A stretch of DNA of 64,000 nucleotides from Squalus acanthias (GCA_030390025.1 CM059433.1:2542001-2606000); one strand, 5' to 3'; shown: positions 48,861-61,955, counted from the first letter of the stretch. The notes: a model not told the origin generated them from the sequence alone. Numbers and translations are program-made.

Positions 48861-49333
48861 TCAATGGGATACTTAAGTAGGTAACACACAGTGAAATATC
48901 TCAGAGGTAGCTGATGGATGGCAGCTTTAAAAAGATGACAGCAGGTTTGTTTCTGGTGAAACAGGAGAACAGGAATGAAGTAGCAAAATAGCGCAAAGCT
49001 ACTACACCTTGCGACAAGTATAAACAAACCAATCCACTTTAAGAGCAAAGATCAAACATGAAGGAGCATTGCCGCACCCATGGGTGCTGGTGTTTAAAGC
49101 GTTGTTTGGGTGCTCCATCTCAGTTATGGGCTTCAGTCCTCATTTCTGTATTTTTTTCAAGGACTTAATGGGGTCGATTTTGAAGTGACTGTTTGCATCG
49201 AGTGGGAGGTGGATGGAGCGAGCCCACCGCTCACCTGATGGAAGTGATCGGAGGCCTGAATCGTTTTCATGGTTGGGCTGTTCGTGGATCAGGGAGGACG
49301 GGGATTCTCGCAGCTCCTCCACAGAGCCAAGCA

Positions 49334-50407
49334 TAGAAACATAGAAGATAGGAGCAGGAGTCGGCCATTCAGCCCCTCGAGCCTGCTCCGCCATTCAATG
49401 AGATCTTGGCTGATCATCCAAATTCAGTACCCTGTCCCTGCCTTCTCCCCATATCCCTTGATCCCTTTAGCTTTAAGAAATATATCTAACTCCTTCTTGA
49501 ATATATTTAATGAATTGGCCTCTACTGCCTTCTGTGGTAGAGAATTCCACAGGTTCACCACTCTCTGGGTGAAGAAATTCCTCCTCATCTCAGTCCTAAA
49601 TGGCTTACCCCTTATCCTTAGACTGTGACCCCTGGTTCTGGACTCCCCCGCCATCGGGAAGATCCTTCCTGCATCTAGTCTGTCTAGTCCTGTTAGAATT
49701 TTATAAGTTTCAATGAGATCCCCTCTCATTCTTCTAAACTCCAGCGAGTATAAGCCCAATCGACCCAATCTCTCCTCATACGTCATTCCTGCCATCCCAG
49801 GTATCAGCCTGGTGAATCTTCGCTGCACTCCCTCCATGGCAAGAACATCCTTCCTCAGATAAGGCAACCAAAACTGCACACAATACTCAAGATGTGGTCT
49901 CACCAAGGCCCTGTACAACTGCAGCAAGACATCCTTGTTCCTGTACTCGAACCCTTTCGCTACGAAGGCCAACATACCATTTGCCTTCTTAACCGCCTGC
50001 TGCACCTGCATGCTTACCTTCAGCGACTGGTGCACAAGGACACCCAGGTCTCGTTGCACTTCCCCTTCTCCCAATCTATTGCCATTCAGATAATAAACTG
50101 CCTTCCTGTGTTTGACACCAAAGTGGATAACCTCGCATTTATCCACATTATATTGCATCTGCCACGCTTCTGCCCAATCACCCAACCTGTCCAAATCATA
50201 CTGCAGTTTCTCGGCATCCTCCTCACGGCACACACTCCAACCCAGCTTTGTGTCGTCTGCAAACTTGGAGAAATTACATCCAATTCCCTCGTCTAGATCA
50301 TTAATATATATTGTGAATAGCTGGGGTCCTAGGACCGATCCCTGCGGTACCCCACTAGTCACTGCCTGCCACTCGGAAAAAGACCCGTTTATTCCAACTC
50401 TTTGCTC
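49334..50407 (-). mobile_element. LINE family A, 5'-truncated, inserted in a degenerate MITE (~49170-50560)
   Basis: ORF 49424-50362 has RT motifs, and AAGCA flanks both sides. Confidence 0.95.
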
Positions 50408-50871
50408 AAGCAGGACCAGATAAATAAATAACAGGGAAGGAGGCGATCCTGGGGGAGGACACGGATGTTCAGCATCAGTGCTCCTCCGGGCTCCACAAAA
50501 AATGTTTTAAAGTTTAATTTTTTTTTTGCAGTGGCCTGCAGGCTATAATCTTCAGAGTCTGCTCCACCGCAATGCTTCAGGGGTTAGTGATGTCAGGTTG
50601 TTTACAATCCCAGGAAATAACATTTCATTTGTGATGAGCAATATTAAACCTGAACATGTTATCAGGGAATTTTGCTTTGCAATAAAAATCATTCAGTATT
50701 TACATGGCTCCGAAGCAGCTCTCAATAGCTGCTAATGTGGTGTAAAACTGATTTAGCAGATGCCATGTAAACAGGGAGATGTTGGTTTGTGACGGCTTAT
50801 TCTTTCACAGCAGTTCTTATCTCTTTGTGCGTGCAGATCAATTCATTCACGTGCTACCATAAATCATTTTT

Positions 50872-51746
50872 CATAAGAACATAAGACGTAGGAGCAGGAG
50901 TCGGTCATTTGGCCCCTCGAGCCTGCTCCGCCATTCAATAAGATCATGGCTGATCTGATCTTGGCCTCAACTCCACTTCTCTGCCCGCTCCCCATAACCC
51001 TTGACTCACTTATCGTTCAAAAATCTGTCTATCTCCACCTTAAATATATTCAATGACCCAGCCTCCACAGCTCTCTGGGGAAGAGAATTCCAAAGATTCA
51101 CGACCCTCTGAGAGAAGAAATTCCTCCTCATTTCCGATTTAAATGGGTGTCCCCTTATTCTGAAATTATGCCCCCTTATTCTAGAATCCCCCACGAGGGG
51201 AAACATCCTCTCTGCATCTACCCTGTCAAGCCTCCTCAGAATCTTATATGTTTCAATAAGATCCCCTCTCATTCTTCTAAACTCCAATGAGTATAGGCCC
51301 AACCTGCTCAACCTTTCTTCATAAGATATCCCCTTCATCTCCGGAATCAACCTCATGAACCTTCTCTGAACTGCCTCCAATGTAAGTATATTCTTCCTTA
51401 AATAAGGAGACCAAAACTGTACGCAGTACTCCAGGTGTGGTCTCACCAACGCCCTGTACAGTTGTAGCAGGACTTCCCTACTTTTATACTCCATTCCTTT
51501 GCAGTAAAGGCCAACACTCCATTTGCCTTCCTAATTACTTGCTGTACCTGCACGCTAACTTTTTGTGATTCATGTACGAGGACACCCAGATCCCTCTGTA
51601 CCTCAGCATTTTGTAATCTCTCCCCATTTCAATAACAATTTGCTTTTTTATTTTTCCTACCAAAGTGTATGACCTCGCATTTTCCTACATTAAACTACAT
51701 CTGCCAGATTTTTGCCTACTCACTTAGCCTATCTATAGCCCTTTGG
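50872..51746 (-). mobile_element. LINE family A, 5'-truncated
   Basis: ORF 51006-51494 and the tail CATAAGAACATAAGA. Confidence 0.94.
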
Positions 51747-51845
51747 ATGTCAATCTGTAACCTCATGGCCCGGCATATCCCTCACTCTACCATTACCACC
51801 AAGCCAGGGGACCAACCCTGGTTCAACAATGAGTGTAGAAGAGCA

Positions 51846-52758
51846 AAAGTTAGAAGTCGCACAACACCAGGTTATAGTCCAACAGCTTTATTTGAAATCA
51901 CAAGCTTTCGGAGCACTGCTCCTTCGTCAGGTGAAGTGTAGAAATACAAATCGGCACAGCATATATAGACTGAGAACAATGCCTGTGCAGAGAACAATGC
52001 CAGACGACTACAGTTAATCTTTCTAACTGCCCTTTATCATACCTCGGCAGAGAGACAATCACGGCAATCAAATCCAACCAGGTCAGTCAGGAAGACATTA
52101 CATCAAAGACGATAGCAAAACACAACAAAGACAATGAGGTGGGGTCACAGGGGGTCTAATGTGGCAGCTGCTGCAGTCTGTATGGAAAACCAAAAACTTT
52201 AAACTTTTTACTTTTTTTACTGGAAATCACATCTGTGAACAAGCCAATGATGACTCGAGTCTGGATGACTCTACGTCAGGTGGGGTTACATGTAGCGTGA
52301 CATGAACCCAAGATCCCGGTTGAGGCCGTCCTCATGGGTGCGGAACTTGGCTATCAGTTTCTGCTCGACGATTTTGCGTTGTCGTGTGTCTCGAAGGCCG
52401 CCTTAGAGAACGTTTACCCGAAGATCCGAGGCTGAATGTCCTTGATTGCTGAAGTGTTCCCCGACTGGGAGGTAACACTCCTGCCTGCCGATTGTTGCGC
52501 AGTGTCCATTCATACGTTGTCGCAGTGTCTGCATGGTCTCGCCGATGTACCATGCTCCGGGGTATCCTTTCCTGCAACGTATGAGGTAGACAACATTGGC
52601 CGAGTCACATGAGAATGTACCATGTACCTGGTGGGTAGTGTCCTCACGTGTGATGATGGTATCTGTGTTGATGATCTGGCATGTCTTACAGAGGTTGCTG
52701 GTGTTGTGCGGCTTCTCACTTTTGTCCACCCCAGTCCAACACAGGCATCTCCGCATCA
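51846..52758 (-). mobile_element. Penelope-like element, 5'-truncated, with GIY-YIG endonuclease, 3' pLTR and inverted 5' pLTR piece
   Basis: CKTC...NVVYLIRC...WYIGETMQTLRQRMNGH...VGEHF. A 12-bp TSD TGTAGAAGAGCA sits at 51834-51845 and 52759-52770. 52700-52723 is an inverted copy of 51846-51869. Confidence 0.92.
51900..51933 (-). ncRNA. Minimal type I hammerhead ribozyme motif in the pLTR
   Basis: The minus strand reads CTGACGA-A-GGAGC-AGT-GCTCC-GAAA-GCTTG, with a perfect 5-bp stem II and palindromic AAGCTT. Confidence 0.75.
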
Positions 52759-54627
52759 TGTAGAAGAGCATGCCAGGAGCAGCACCAGGCGTACCTAAAA
52801 ATGAGGTGCCAGCCTGGGGAAGCTGCAACACAGGACTACATGCATGCTAAAAAGCGGATGCAGCATGCGATAGACAGGGCTAAGCGATCCCACAATCAAC
52901 GGATCAGATGAAAGCTCTGCAGTCCTGCCACATCCAGTCGTGAATGGTGGTGGACCATTAAACAACTAACGGGAGGAGGAGGCTCCAAGAATATCCCCCA
53001 TCCTCAATGATGGTGGAGCCCAGCACGAGAGTGCAAAAGACAAGGCTGAAGCGTTTGCAACCAACTTCAGCCAGAAGTGCCGAGTGGATGATCCATATCG
53101 ACCTGAGATCCCCACCATCACAGAGGCCATTCGTCAGCCAATTCGATTCACTCCAGGTGATATCAAGAAACAGCTGAGCGCACTGGATACAGCAAAGGCT
53201 ACGGGCCCCAAAAATATCCCGGCTATCGTGCTGAAGACTTGTGCTCCAGAACTAGCCGCGCCTCTAGCCATGCTGTTCCAGTACAGCTACAACACTGGCA
53301 TCTATCCAACAATGTGGAAAACTACCCAGGTATGTCCTGTCCACAAAAAGCAGGACAAATCCAATCCAGCCAATTACCGACCCATCAGTCTACTCTGAAT
53401 CATCAGCAAAGTGATGGAAGGTGTCATCGACAGTGCTATCAAGCAGCACTTACTCACCAATAACCTGCTCCCGGATGCTCAGTTTGGGTTCTGCCAGGAC
53501 CACTCAGCTCCCAACCTCATTACAGCCTTGGTCCAAACATGGACAAAAGAGCTGAACTCCAGAGGTGAGGTGAGAGTGACTGCCCTTGACATCAAGGCAG
53601 TATTTGACCGAGTGTGGCATCAAGGAACCCGAGTAAAACTGAAGTCAATGGGAATCAGGGAGAGAACGCTCCACTGGCTGGAGTCATACCTAGCACAAAG
53701 GAAGATGGTTCTGGTGGTTGAAGGTCAATCATCACAACCCCAGGACATCGCTGCAGAAGTTCCTCAGGGCAGTGTTGTAGGCCCAACCATCTTCAGCTGC
53801 TTCATCAATGACCTTCCCTCCAACATAAGGTCAGAAATGGGGATGTTCGCTGATGACTGCACTGTGTTCAGTGCCATTCGCAACTCCTCAGATAATGAAG
53901 CAGTCCATGCCCGCATGCAACAAGACCTGGACGACGTTCAGGCTTGAGCTGATAAGTGGCAGGTAACATTCGCGCCACAGAAGTGCCAGGCAATGACTAT
54001 CTCCAACAAGCGAGAGTCTAACCACCTCCCCTTGACATTCAATGGCATTACCATCGCTGAATCCCCCACCATCAATATCCTGGGGATAATCATTAACCAG
54101 AAACTTAACTGAACCAGCCACATAAATACTGTGGCAACAAGAGCAGGTCAGAGGCTGTGTATTCTGTTGCGAGTGTCTCACCTCCTGACTCCCCAAAGCC
54201 TTTCCACCATCTACAAGGCACAAGTATGGAGTGTGATGGAATACTCTCCACTTTCCTGGATGAGTGCAGCTCCAACAACACTCAAGAAGCTCGACACCAT
54301 CCAGGACAAAGCAGCCCGCTTGATTGGCACCCCATCCACCACCTTAAACATTCACTCCCTCCACCACCGGTGTACCGTGGCTGCAGTGTGTACCATCTAC
54401 AAGATGCACTGCAGAAACTCGCCAAGGCTTCTTCGGCAGCACCTCCTAAATCCGCGACCTCTTCCACCTAGAAGGACAAGGGCAGCAGGCACATGGGAAC
54501 ACCACCACCTCCAAGTTCCCCTCCAAGTCACACAGCATCCTGACTTGGAAGTATATCGCCGATCCTTCATCGTCGCTGGGTCAAAATCCTGGAACTTCCT
54601 ACCTAACAGCACTGTGGGAGTACCATT

Positions 54628-55132
54628 TACTTACTTAGGCAGTCCCTCGGAAGCGAGGATGACTTGCTTCCACATTAAAAATGAGTTCGCAGGTGAGTGA
54701 TGAGTCCAATGCGGGACCTACAGTCTCTGTCACAGGTGGGGCAGATGGTGGTTGAATGGGCGGGTGGGTGGGTTGCTTGGGTTGACGTGCGCTCCTTGCG
54801 CTGCCTGCGCTTGGCTTCCGCTTGCTCCCGGCGAAGAGACTCGAGGGGCTGGATTTTGTCTTGCGGTCGGGTTGGGGTCGTGTCATCCGCATTTCGTGGT
54901 TCCCCCCGACTCCAGATTAATGTGGGAGATTGATGCAATTTTCACTTAATTGGGCAATTGAGTTCCAGCATGTGGGAACCCATGAACCAATTAGTGGTTT
55001 CAGTCTGAAAGTCGCCTCTGATGATGTCATCATTGCTGACTGCCTAGTCTCAGAGACTGTTGGTGAGAGAGGACCTGCGTGGCTTGCTTTTGATGTGAGT
55101 GGACCTGGATGCAAAAAAGGGGGGAGGGGGAA

Positions 55133-55169
<37 letters not shown>

Positions 55170-55655
55170 ATTTTTTTGCATCCAAGTCCTCTCACAGCAA
55201 AGGCCAGGCAGTCTCTGAAGACATTCAATGCAGCAGCATCAGAGGCAACTTTCAGACCTAATACTACTACTACCTTCATCACATCTCCGTTGTAATAGTG
55301 GACCTGCAGCCGATAGTCAGCTGTCCACTTGTGCTCCCGCCAGGTTTCACTGGAGTGTTTCACATCAGGCGTACTTCACGTCAGAAAAGGGTTAAACTAG
55401 CTAAAACGTTTCAAAATGGCATTACAGAGCCAATTTAGGGCTTGTTAAGGGCTTTAATGGCCTCTCCCGCCTCTTGGAGTCGGGACGGAGTCGGGAACCC
55501 CGCGACTGATTTTGTCAAAATTGCGTGGAGGTGGGATGGAGTCAGGATGGGGTCGGGACCCCCGACCCCGCAAATTTAACCCCCCACACGCCTCCAAACC
55601 CGACTGCACGGGTCATTCAAAATCCAGCCCGAGGTGTTCTGCGCCTTCCCGGATG
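54628..55655 (-). mobile_element. RTE-clade LINE 3' end, split by the MITE at 54846-55630
   Basis: IREGAEHL|ESLRREQAEAKRRQRKER...CPTCDRDCRSRIGLITHLRTHF (RTE terminal C2H2 motif), then the 3' end CGAGGGACTGCC(TAAG)n. Confidence 0.85.
54846..55630. mobile_element. Harbinger-type MITE (GGGCTGGATTTT TIR)
   Basis: Perfect 12-bp TIRs GGGCTGGATTTT...AAAATCCAGCCC with TSD GAG. Confidence 0.9.
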
Positions 55656-55942
55656 CATCACCACACGGACTGCAACGGTTCAAGAAGTTGGCTCACCACC
55701 ACCTTCTCAAGGGCAACTAGGGATGGGCAATAAATGCTGGTATTGCCAGCGACGCCCTGATCCCATAAACGAATTTAAAAAAAGATTACATGCGTCCGCC
55801 ACACAATTTGCTTTCCCATCTATCTTTACAGAAGAACTTTGAAATTCCTTTTCTCATGGAAAATATGCAGAACTGGACAGTCCTGTTTTGTTAAAGGGTG
55901 CTGGACTGGAGAGCCTGATTGAGTATCCAGCAATGTAACGTT

Positions 55943-56668
55943 GGGCCGCATTTTGTGACCCCTGCGGGTGCGGACGAGGTGCGCACGCGCCCATAGGGCC
56001 GCGCGCGTTCCGGGTTTAGGCGTGCGATGTGCATGTGCTAAAACCCGGCACTTGTGATCTGTCAGATCCAACGCATCCCCGGGAGACGGGCCTCCGCGGG
56101 CGGAGAGTTGCGCTATTTGCCCGACTTCCGCCCGCTGAATGCCTGTGAAATTCTTACGCCTCGTAAAAGCAGGGTAAGGCCCGCTTTTACCAGCATAAGA
56201 GTTTTAAAAAATAGAAAAATAAGATTTTATCACTCATTTATACATTAAAAACCCTGTCCAATAAGGTAAGTTTATTTTTAGCCCCGTAAAAACGTATAAA
56301 AAAAAATTCCAAAAATTAAATTTTCGTTAAAAATATTTAATTAAATGGCATTTTAATTAATTTTAAATATGTAATTAAAAAATGTTTTACTTCATGTGTT
56401 CGTGTATTTTTTAAGTGATCCCCATTCATACACTCCCCTAAGTATGAATGGGGATTCCCTTCTTTTATTGGTAGGGCCGGCCCACGTGATTCCAGGGGCG
56501 CTCGCGAACCGCCTGCGCCCCGGGATACGTGGGTCTCTACCCGCGGGTACCCGGAGAGGCCCAGGATCGCAAGGCTCCGTATCTCCCGAGCCACCAGGTA
56601 AATGCGTAGATTTTTTACAGGTCAGAGGCATCCACCCGCGGGAAGACTCCGATCGCAAATTTTGGGCC
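55943..56668. mobile_element. Hairpin-chain MITE family, copy 5 (divergent, inverted)
   Basis: Ends GGGCCGCATTTT...AAATTTTGGGCC, an AAGGTAAGTTTATTTT core, and the same hairpin order. Confidence 0.85.
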
Positions 56669-57126
56669 AATACTTTTTCAGAGTGATTATTTGCAAGGTC
56701 TTCAACGTTGCGGTTGTGCATGCACACCGGAGGTTCCAAGCGCATATGCGCCTAGCCGCAGGGCTGTGGCCTGAGGCCTCAACCATGCTTTCCTCCTTGT
56801 GGAGAAGGTCAGGGATCGGCGGGAGGGGGGAGAGGAGAGGAAAAGAGATCAAAGGGAGGATTGGAGAGGAACTCAGAGTGGGGGGAGAGGAGAGGAGCTT
56901 GCAGGGGTGAGAGGAGAGGACCTTAGAGGGGAGGGAGAGAAGATCAGGAACTCAGGGGAGAAGGTCAGGAACTTGTTGGGTTTAGAGTACGAAGGGAACA
57001 GTGGGGATGGGGGAAGATCATGATCCTGGTCTAAAGGGAAGGTGGGTGATGAGAGTGAGAACATGATCCAGATGGGAAGATGGATCACGTTCGCCCCGCT
57101 CTGTTAGACGTAGATCATGTTCTTCT

Positions 57127-57209
57127 AACTGGATGAATCCCTTCTCACACACTGAGCAGGGGAACAACCTCTCCCCAGCGTGAACTTGCTGGTGTGTCAG
57201 AAGGTTGGA
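57127..57209 (-). pseudogene. Isolated single C2H2 zinc-finger/linker fragment
   Basis: SNLLTHQQVHAGERLFPCSVCEKGFIQL resembles the H-X3-H-TGERPF-X-C-X2-C-GKGF consensus. Confidence 0.65.
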
Positions 57210-57485
57210 GACACACACCCACCCCACACACCCACCCACCCCACACACCCACCCCACACACCCACCCCACACACGCACCCCACACACGCACCCCACACAC
57301 GCACCCCACACACCCACCCCACACACCCACCCCACACACCCACCGCACACACGCACCCCGCACACGCACCCCGCACACCCACCCCACACACCCACCCCAC
57401 ACACCCACCGCACACACGCACCCCACACACGCACCCCACACACCCACCCCACACACCCACCCCACACACCCACCCCACACACATG
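57210..57485 (+). repeat. CA-rich minisatellite (~13 bp unit ACACCCACCCCAC / ACACGCACCCCAC)
   Basis: About 20 tandem units are directly visible. Confidence 0.95.
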
Positions 57486-57735
57486 CACCTGCATGCCCGC
57501 ACCCATTGGTTTATTGACATGCAAATCCTTACTAGCTTCCGCTATCGTTGCACCACATGAGATCTGGAGGCCATTGAGTATTTGCACTTCTTGTTTTCCA
57601 TTTCCTATTTTAATGAGCGTTTTTTAAAGTTGTAGCCTTGACCTTGGTCCCTTCATTCTGAATTTTTATCACTTTCAGAAGAAAAAACCCCATAAAACTC
57701 CAAAGCAGTAATTAACCCACTAATTAGAGTATAAA

Positions 57736-58693
57736 GGGGGAGAAATTCAGTATCGCCCCATTTGGGGCGCAATTATCGGCCGGGCGCAAAGATTAGCGCC
57801 TGGCGCTAATTATCGCCACCGACTGCAAACTTGAGTTTTATCGTCTCTGGAGGTGATTGGAGCGCTAAATCAGGCGCTTCACACCTGTCTTAAGGCGCAA
57901 AGGCCGAGGAGCGAGGCGCTACCTCAGAGCGCTGGCGAAGCTCGTGTGATGTCAGTCAGCAATGGAACACACAGACAATGGCACGGGCCAGTTCTTAAAG
58001 GGGAGGGTTGATCTTGCTGTCCATCCACATCCTGCTCATTGCAGCCTTGAATCTCGGCCTGGAGAGACCTGCACATCAAATCTGCTGGAAAGAACAATGG
58101 AGAGGCCCAGGGAAAGAGCTCAGAGTGCAGCCCCCACACTCTCTGCTAAATCGATACAAGGAAGGGCAAATCAAAATGAACCTGCAAAGTGCTGCTCAGT
58201 ACCCAAAACTCCTTCACACAGCGTTGAATCTCTCCAGAAGTCTCTCTCTCTCTCTCTCAGAATGCGTGGTTCTAAAATGTCACCAACAATAAAAGGCAGG
58301 AAGCGGTCGCCTTTAAATAGCGCTCCCCCGGTCCCTTCCTGACTGCAAAACGCTCCCCTCGACCTGTCGTTGCTAGCGGCAGGCAGTAAGGCAGGGGGCG
58401 CCACTCAATTTCCGCTCCGGGGCGCCCCAAGGGCGTTGCACCATGGAATGACGTCACAATCTGCGCGCGCAGGTGGTCGCAGCGGTAAGTTTTAGCGCCG
58501 CCGCACAATCTCAAGTTAAGTTCCCGAGCGGCGCAAACAGCGCTGCGCCTGGGCGTTAGCGGCTTAACGCCCCATTAGCGCCCTCTTAAGGCGCTAACGG
58601 GAGGCGCAACCAAGTGAATTTTTACCCCTTTGCGCCCCATTAGCGCCCTCTTAAGGCGCTAATGGGAGGCGCAACCAATTGAATTTTTCCCCC
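57736..58693. mobile_element. Deletion derivative of the 34404-type Harbinger with a duplicated right end
   Basis: TIRs GGGGGAGAAATTC...GAATTTTTCCCCC with TSD AAA. Subterminal sequence resembles 34404-34560 and 38110-38436. The Myb start MERPRERAQ is retained at ~58097. Confidence 0.88.
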
Positions 58694-59833
58694 AAAGTCT
58701 TTTATTTTACTAGCCAAAGGCAACTATAATTACAACTGCAGAATACTAGATAACAGAGGATCTTCACAAAGCTAACTACAGTTACACTTTCTGCAGGCTG
58801 TCTGACAAGACGAGATCAAATTATACATTGCAGGGTTGTCTACAGCAGGCATGATCAAATTACACATTCCAGACAAACTGTTGGGTGTGTCTTGTCCTCC
58901 AAGGGGACCAATCAGAAATCTGATCCAACCCACTGGTGTTGCAAATAAATGCAGCCATATTTGTTTTTAGCAAATTCAGGTGCCTCCCACAATGAATGCT
59001 TTTGTAGGGATTAACTGTCACTTTCTGTATTTGTGGTTAAACATTCCAGTCACTGGTCTTAGGATGTTTTCTTGATTAAATTGCAATCTGCATGTATATA
59101 AATCACTCTAGATTATTATTAATTGGCAGAATGAGGGGACAAAGTGCATTTTGTGATTCAACAAATAACATCAAATTATAGCTCTCATGTATTTTAGTGT
59201 TGTTGTGGTACTAACCTCATTAGTAATGTCAAAATGGTGTAGTAAATTAGCCACGAATATATGAAAGAGTACAATAAATACCTATTGACCCGTGCAAGCA
59301 TTCTGTTGTGTTCCAGTCTTTATTTGTATTAACAATACGTACAGGTTATGTCACTGGTGCATTAAGGACTGTACCAGGTGTATGAAAAAATGCACAAGTC
59401 ACGAGAGACACCAGTACAAATGAGTTCTGGCAGCCGTTCACTCAAATAAAATTATATCTAGAATGTATCATCGACGGCATGTGATTCTTTTTATTGTCTG
59501 TGTTAGCCTTTAAATATCTTCCACTACATTTCACATGCTGCAAAGCGTTAGTTACTAGCAAGTATTTTATATTCAGTGCAGTTAGTTGTCACATTGCTGG
59601 ACATGAGATTTATAATTAATACCGAGAGAACAGATTGAAGTAACACTGCAGGTAATTTTCAGTTTCATCCCTGGGTGATAACCTGGTGGAACAGACCATC
59701 TACCCATTGTAGAAGCCATCTCATTATCATTGATTTCAAGAGGATGAAAATCGGATGGGTTCTGCAACAGACGGGTGATCTGCTCTGCCAGCTTAACAGG
59801 TGAAATTGAAAATTACCCCAACTAACTTGCACA

Positions 59834-61132
59834 GGTAGATTTCAACTTTCGGGCAGCCAGCCATTGGAGCATGGAAGCTGGTCACCTGACCCTGCCAGCT
59901 GGTGGCCCAGGCCATATTGAGGGACGGTGCTCATTAACATTTTGCCAGTGAGCTGCACCCAGCCCCCATCCCCCCCCCGCCCAAAGCGTGTCCTGCCGCA
60001 CCTACAGGGCTGGCGTAACATTGGGCGGCTCAGATTCCGATCTAGCCAGCAGGACGGTGGGTCCGATGGAGGGGGAAACATATCATGTTGGGTGGGGCGT
60101 CCCCAGGCAGCAGCAACCATTATTATTCTTTTGGAGCCCAGAAGAGCACGCCTGCTCCTCCTGGCCCCACAGAAATATTGGCCCAGAAATTCGCCTCTCC
60201 GGCTTGCCGTGGGGGTAAGGATCGCGCGCGCACTTACCTACCGCGTCTGCCATTCTGCTTCTGGCCCACGGGAACTTCAGCTCCTGGGCCTGCTCCAAGT
60301 GCCGGCGCGCAGTGCTTGCATGTCCCAGGGGCGCAGTTAGTGCGATGCGTCCCCTGGGATCACGTGGGCCATGGAGAGCCAATGGCAGCAGACCATCTTT
60401 CATTCATAGATTTGACAGGAGACCGTTCAAATCTATGAATTGAAATCGGCCCCAAAACAACACCTAATCTTCAAATAAATTTTTAAAAAACCATCACATT
60501 TTAAAATAACTATAAGTTAAATAAATTAACTACTTTAAACAAAAATGTAAATTTTTGAAAAAATTTAAATATTTTTTAACAGTGCTAAAAATAAACTTAC
60601 CTTTCTTTAAAGTATCTAAAAAGATAAACCTGTTGAAATTTTTTTTAAATTATAATTAATTAACCACTTACCTTGTTGAAAACGGGTCCTGCGCCTCCTT
60701 TTTAAAAGCGCAGGTTCTTCAATACTTACCCTCCCGGAGAAACCTGAAAAAACCCCTAAGTTTGCTGCATGCGCGCAGCCTCTACCGCGCACGCGGTTCA
60801 CCTCTGAACCGCTCCCTTCACGAGACCGGAAGTTCCGGTTTCCCGCGCATGCGCAGTGCATGCAGGAAACCGGCACTTCAGGAGGCCTTACGGGTGAGTA
60901 CACAATGCGTACTCACCCGGCAAGTGCCAAATTTTTGGCCCATTGTTTTTACTTACCTGTTTGGGCCTCTCCTGGTCCTGGATCCTCTTCCCGTTGTCTT
61001 CACCACAATGGCTTTCCTGCTTGACCGCATTAAAATTGGAGTCAGGGCCCTGATTTGCATATTTAAAGAAGGACCCCACCGTCTTCAGCTGGGCGTCCTT
61101 GTGACCCGTTCAGGAAAGCAGGTTAAAATCGA
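59834..61132. mobile_element. Older MITE hosting hairpin-chain copy 6
   Basis: Ends GATTTCAAC and GTTAAAATC. The core CTCCTCCTGGCCCCACAGAAAT|insert|GTTTTTACTTACC is split by the insertion. Confidence 0.55.
60180..60941. mobile_element. Hairpin-chain MITE family, copy 6 (closest to 30126)
   Basis: TIRs GGCCCAGAAATT...AATTTTTGGCCC with TSD ATT. Confidence 0.92.
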
Positions 61133-61134
61133 AG

Positions 61135-61545
61135 ACTGCGAAGGTTGTGGGTTCAAGCCACACTGTAGAGACCTGCAAACATATCCAGGCTGACACTTCA
61201 GTGCAGTACTGAGGGAGCGCTGCACTGTCGGAGGTGCCTTCCTTTGCATGAGATGTTAAAATGAGGCCCCGTCTGCCTCTCAAGTGGACGTTAAAAATCC
61301 CATGCCACTAGTCAAAGAAGAGCAGGGGAGTTCGCCTGGTGTCATGGCCAATATTTATCACTCACCCGACATGACTAACCTGGATATTTATCTTATTGCT
61401 GTTTGTGGGACCTTGTTGTACGCAAATTAGCTCCCACTTTAGCCACTGCCATTGTGACTACACTTTGAAAATACTTCACTGGCTGTGGCACACTTTGTGA
61501 TATTCCTGAGGATGTGAAAGATGTTATATAAATACAAGTTTGTTT
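61135..61545 (+). mobile_element. Deu-domain SINE, decayed
   Basis: GAAGGTTGTGGGTTCAAG...GATGTTAAAATGAGGCCCCGTCTG...TATATAAATACAAGT, colinear with the 32500 copy. Confidence 0.87.
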
Positions 61546-61955
61546 GTTCATCCATCTACAAACATTGCAAGACCCATTAGTTGGCTTATGAAAATAAACA
61601 GCGAGTCTGCTGGACATTTTTTGGGGCGGAGTGGAACTGAACTATCTCCCACCCCATGAATGAGTCCCGACACTGGCCTACCTCTTAGAGTTAGAGGCGT
61701 TCATGGTGCAACTGATCTGCTCGCCACAGGTGGAGGGCATCTTGTCATAATGCATTAGCCAGGCTTTGATACTTAAAAAGGTTATAAAAATCCCTGTTTT
61801 TCAATAGACTGGATTCTGTTCTGCAATGGACTGTGATCAACTGCCATAGGGAAACCTACCATTTAAGGTTAAATCCCCCATCGATGGCCCTTAACAACCC
61901 TGAACACCAGGAATACACGGGCTGTCTTTGTGCCCAGCTTTGCTAGGCCACAAAT

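Larger units (their letters stand above)
51750..55783 (+). mobile_element. LINE family B, longest copy, interrupted by Penelope, RTE and MITE insertions
   Basis: Continuous family B sequence at 51750-51845, 52759-54627 (ORFs 53084-53398, 53411-53947, 54131-54700) and 55656-55783 (tail). Confidence 0.93.

Noticed and set aside
55128..55168. (GA)n tract, also (CT)n near 58240
   Set aside because: Ordinary microsatellites inside MITEs.
57018..57627. His/Pro/Thr-rich and Cys/Gly/Val-rich ORFs
   Set aside because: They are artefacts of the 13-bp CA minisatellite; only the short zinc-finger piece has protein signal.
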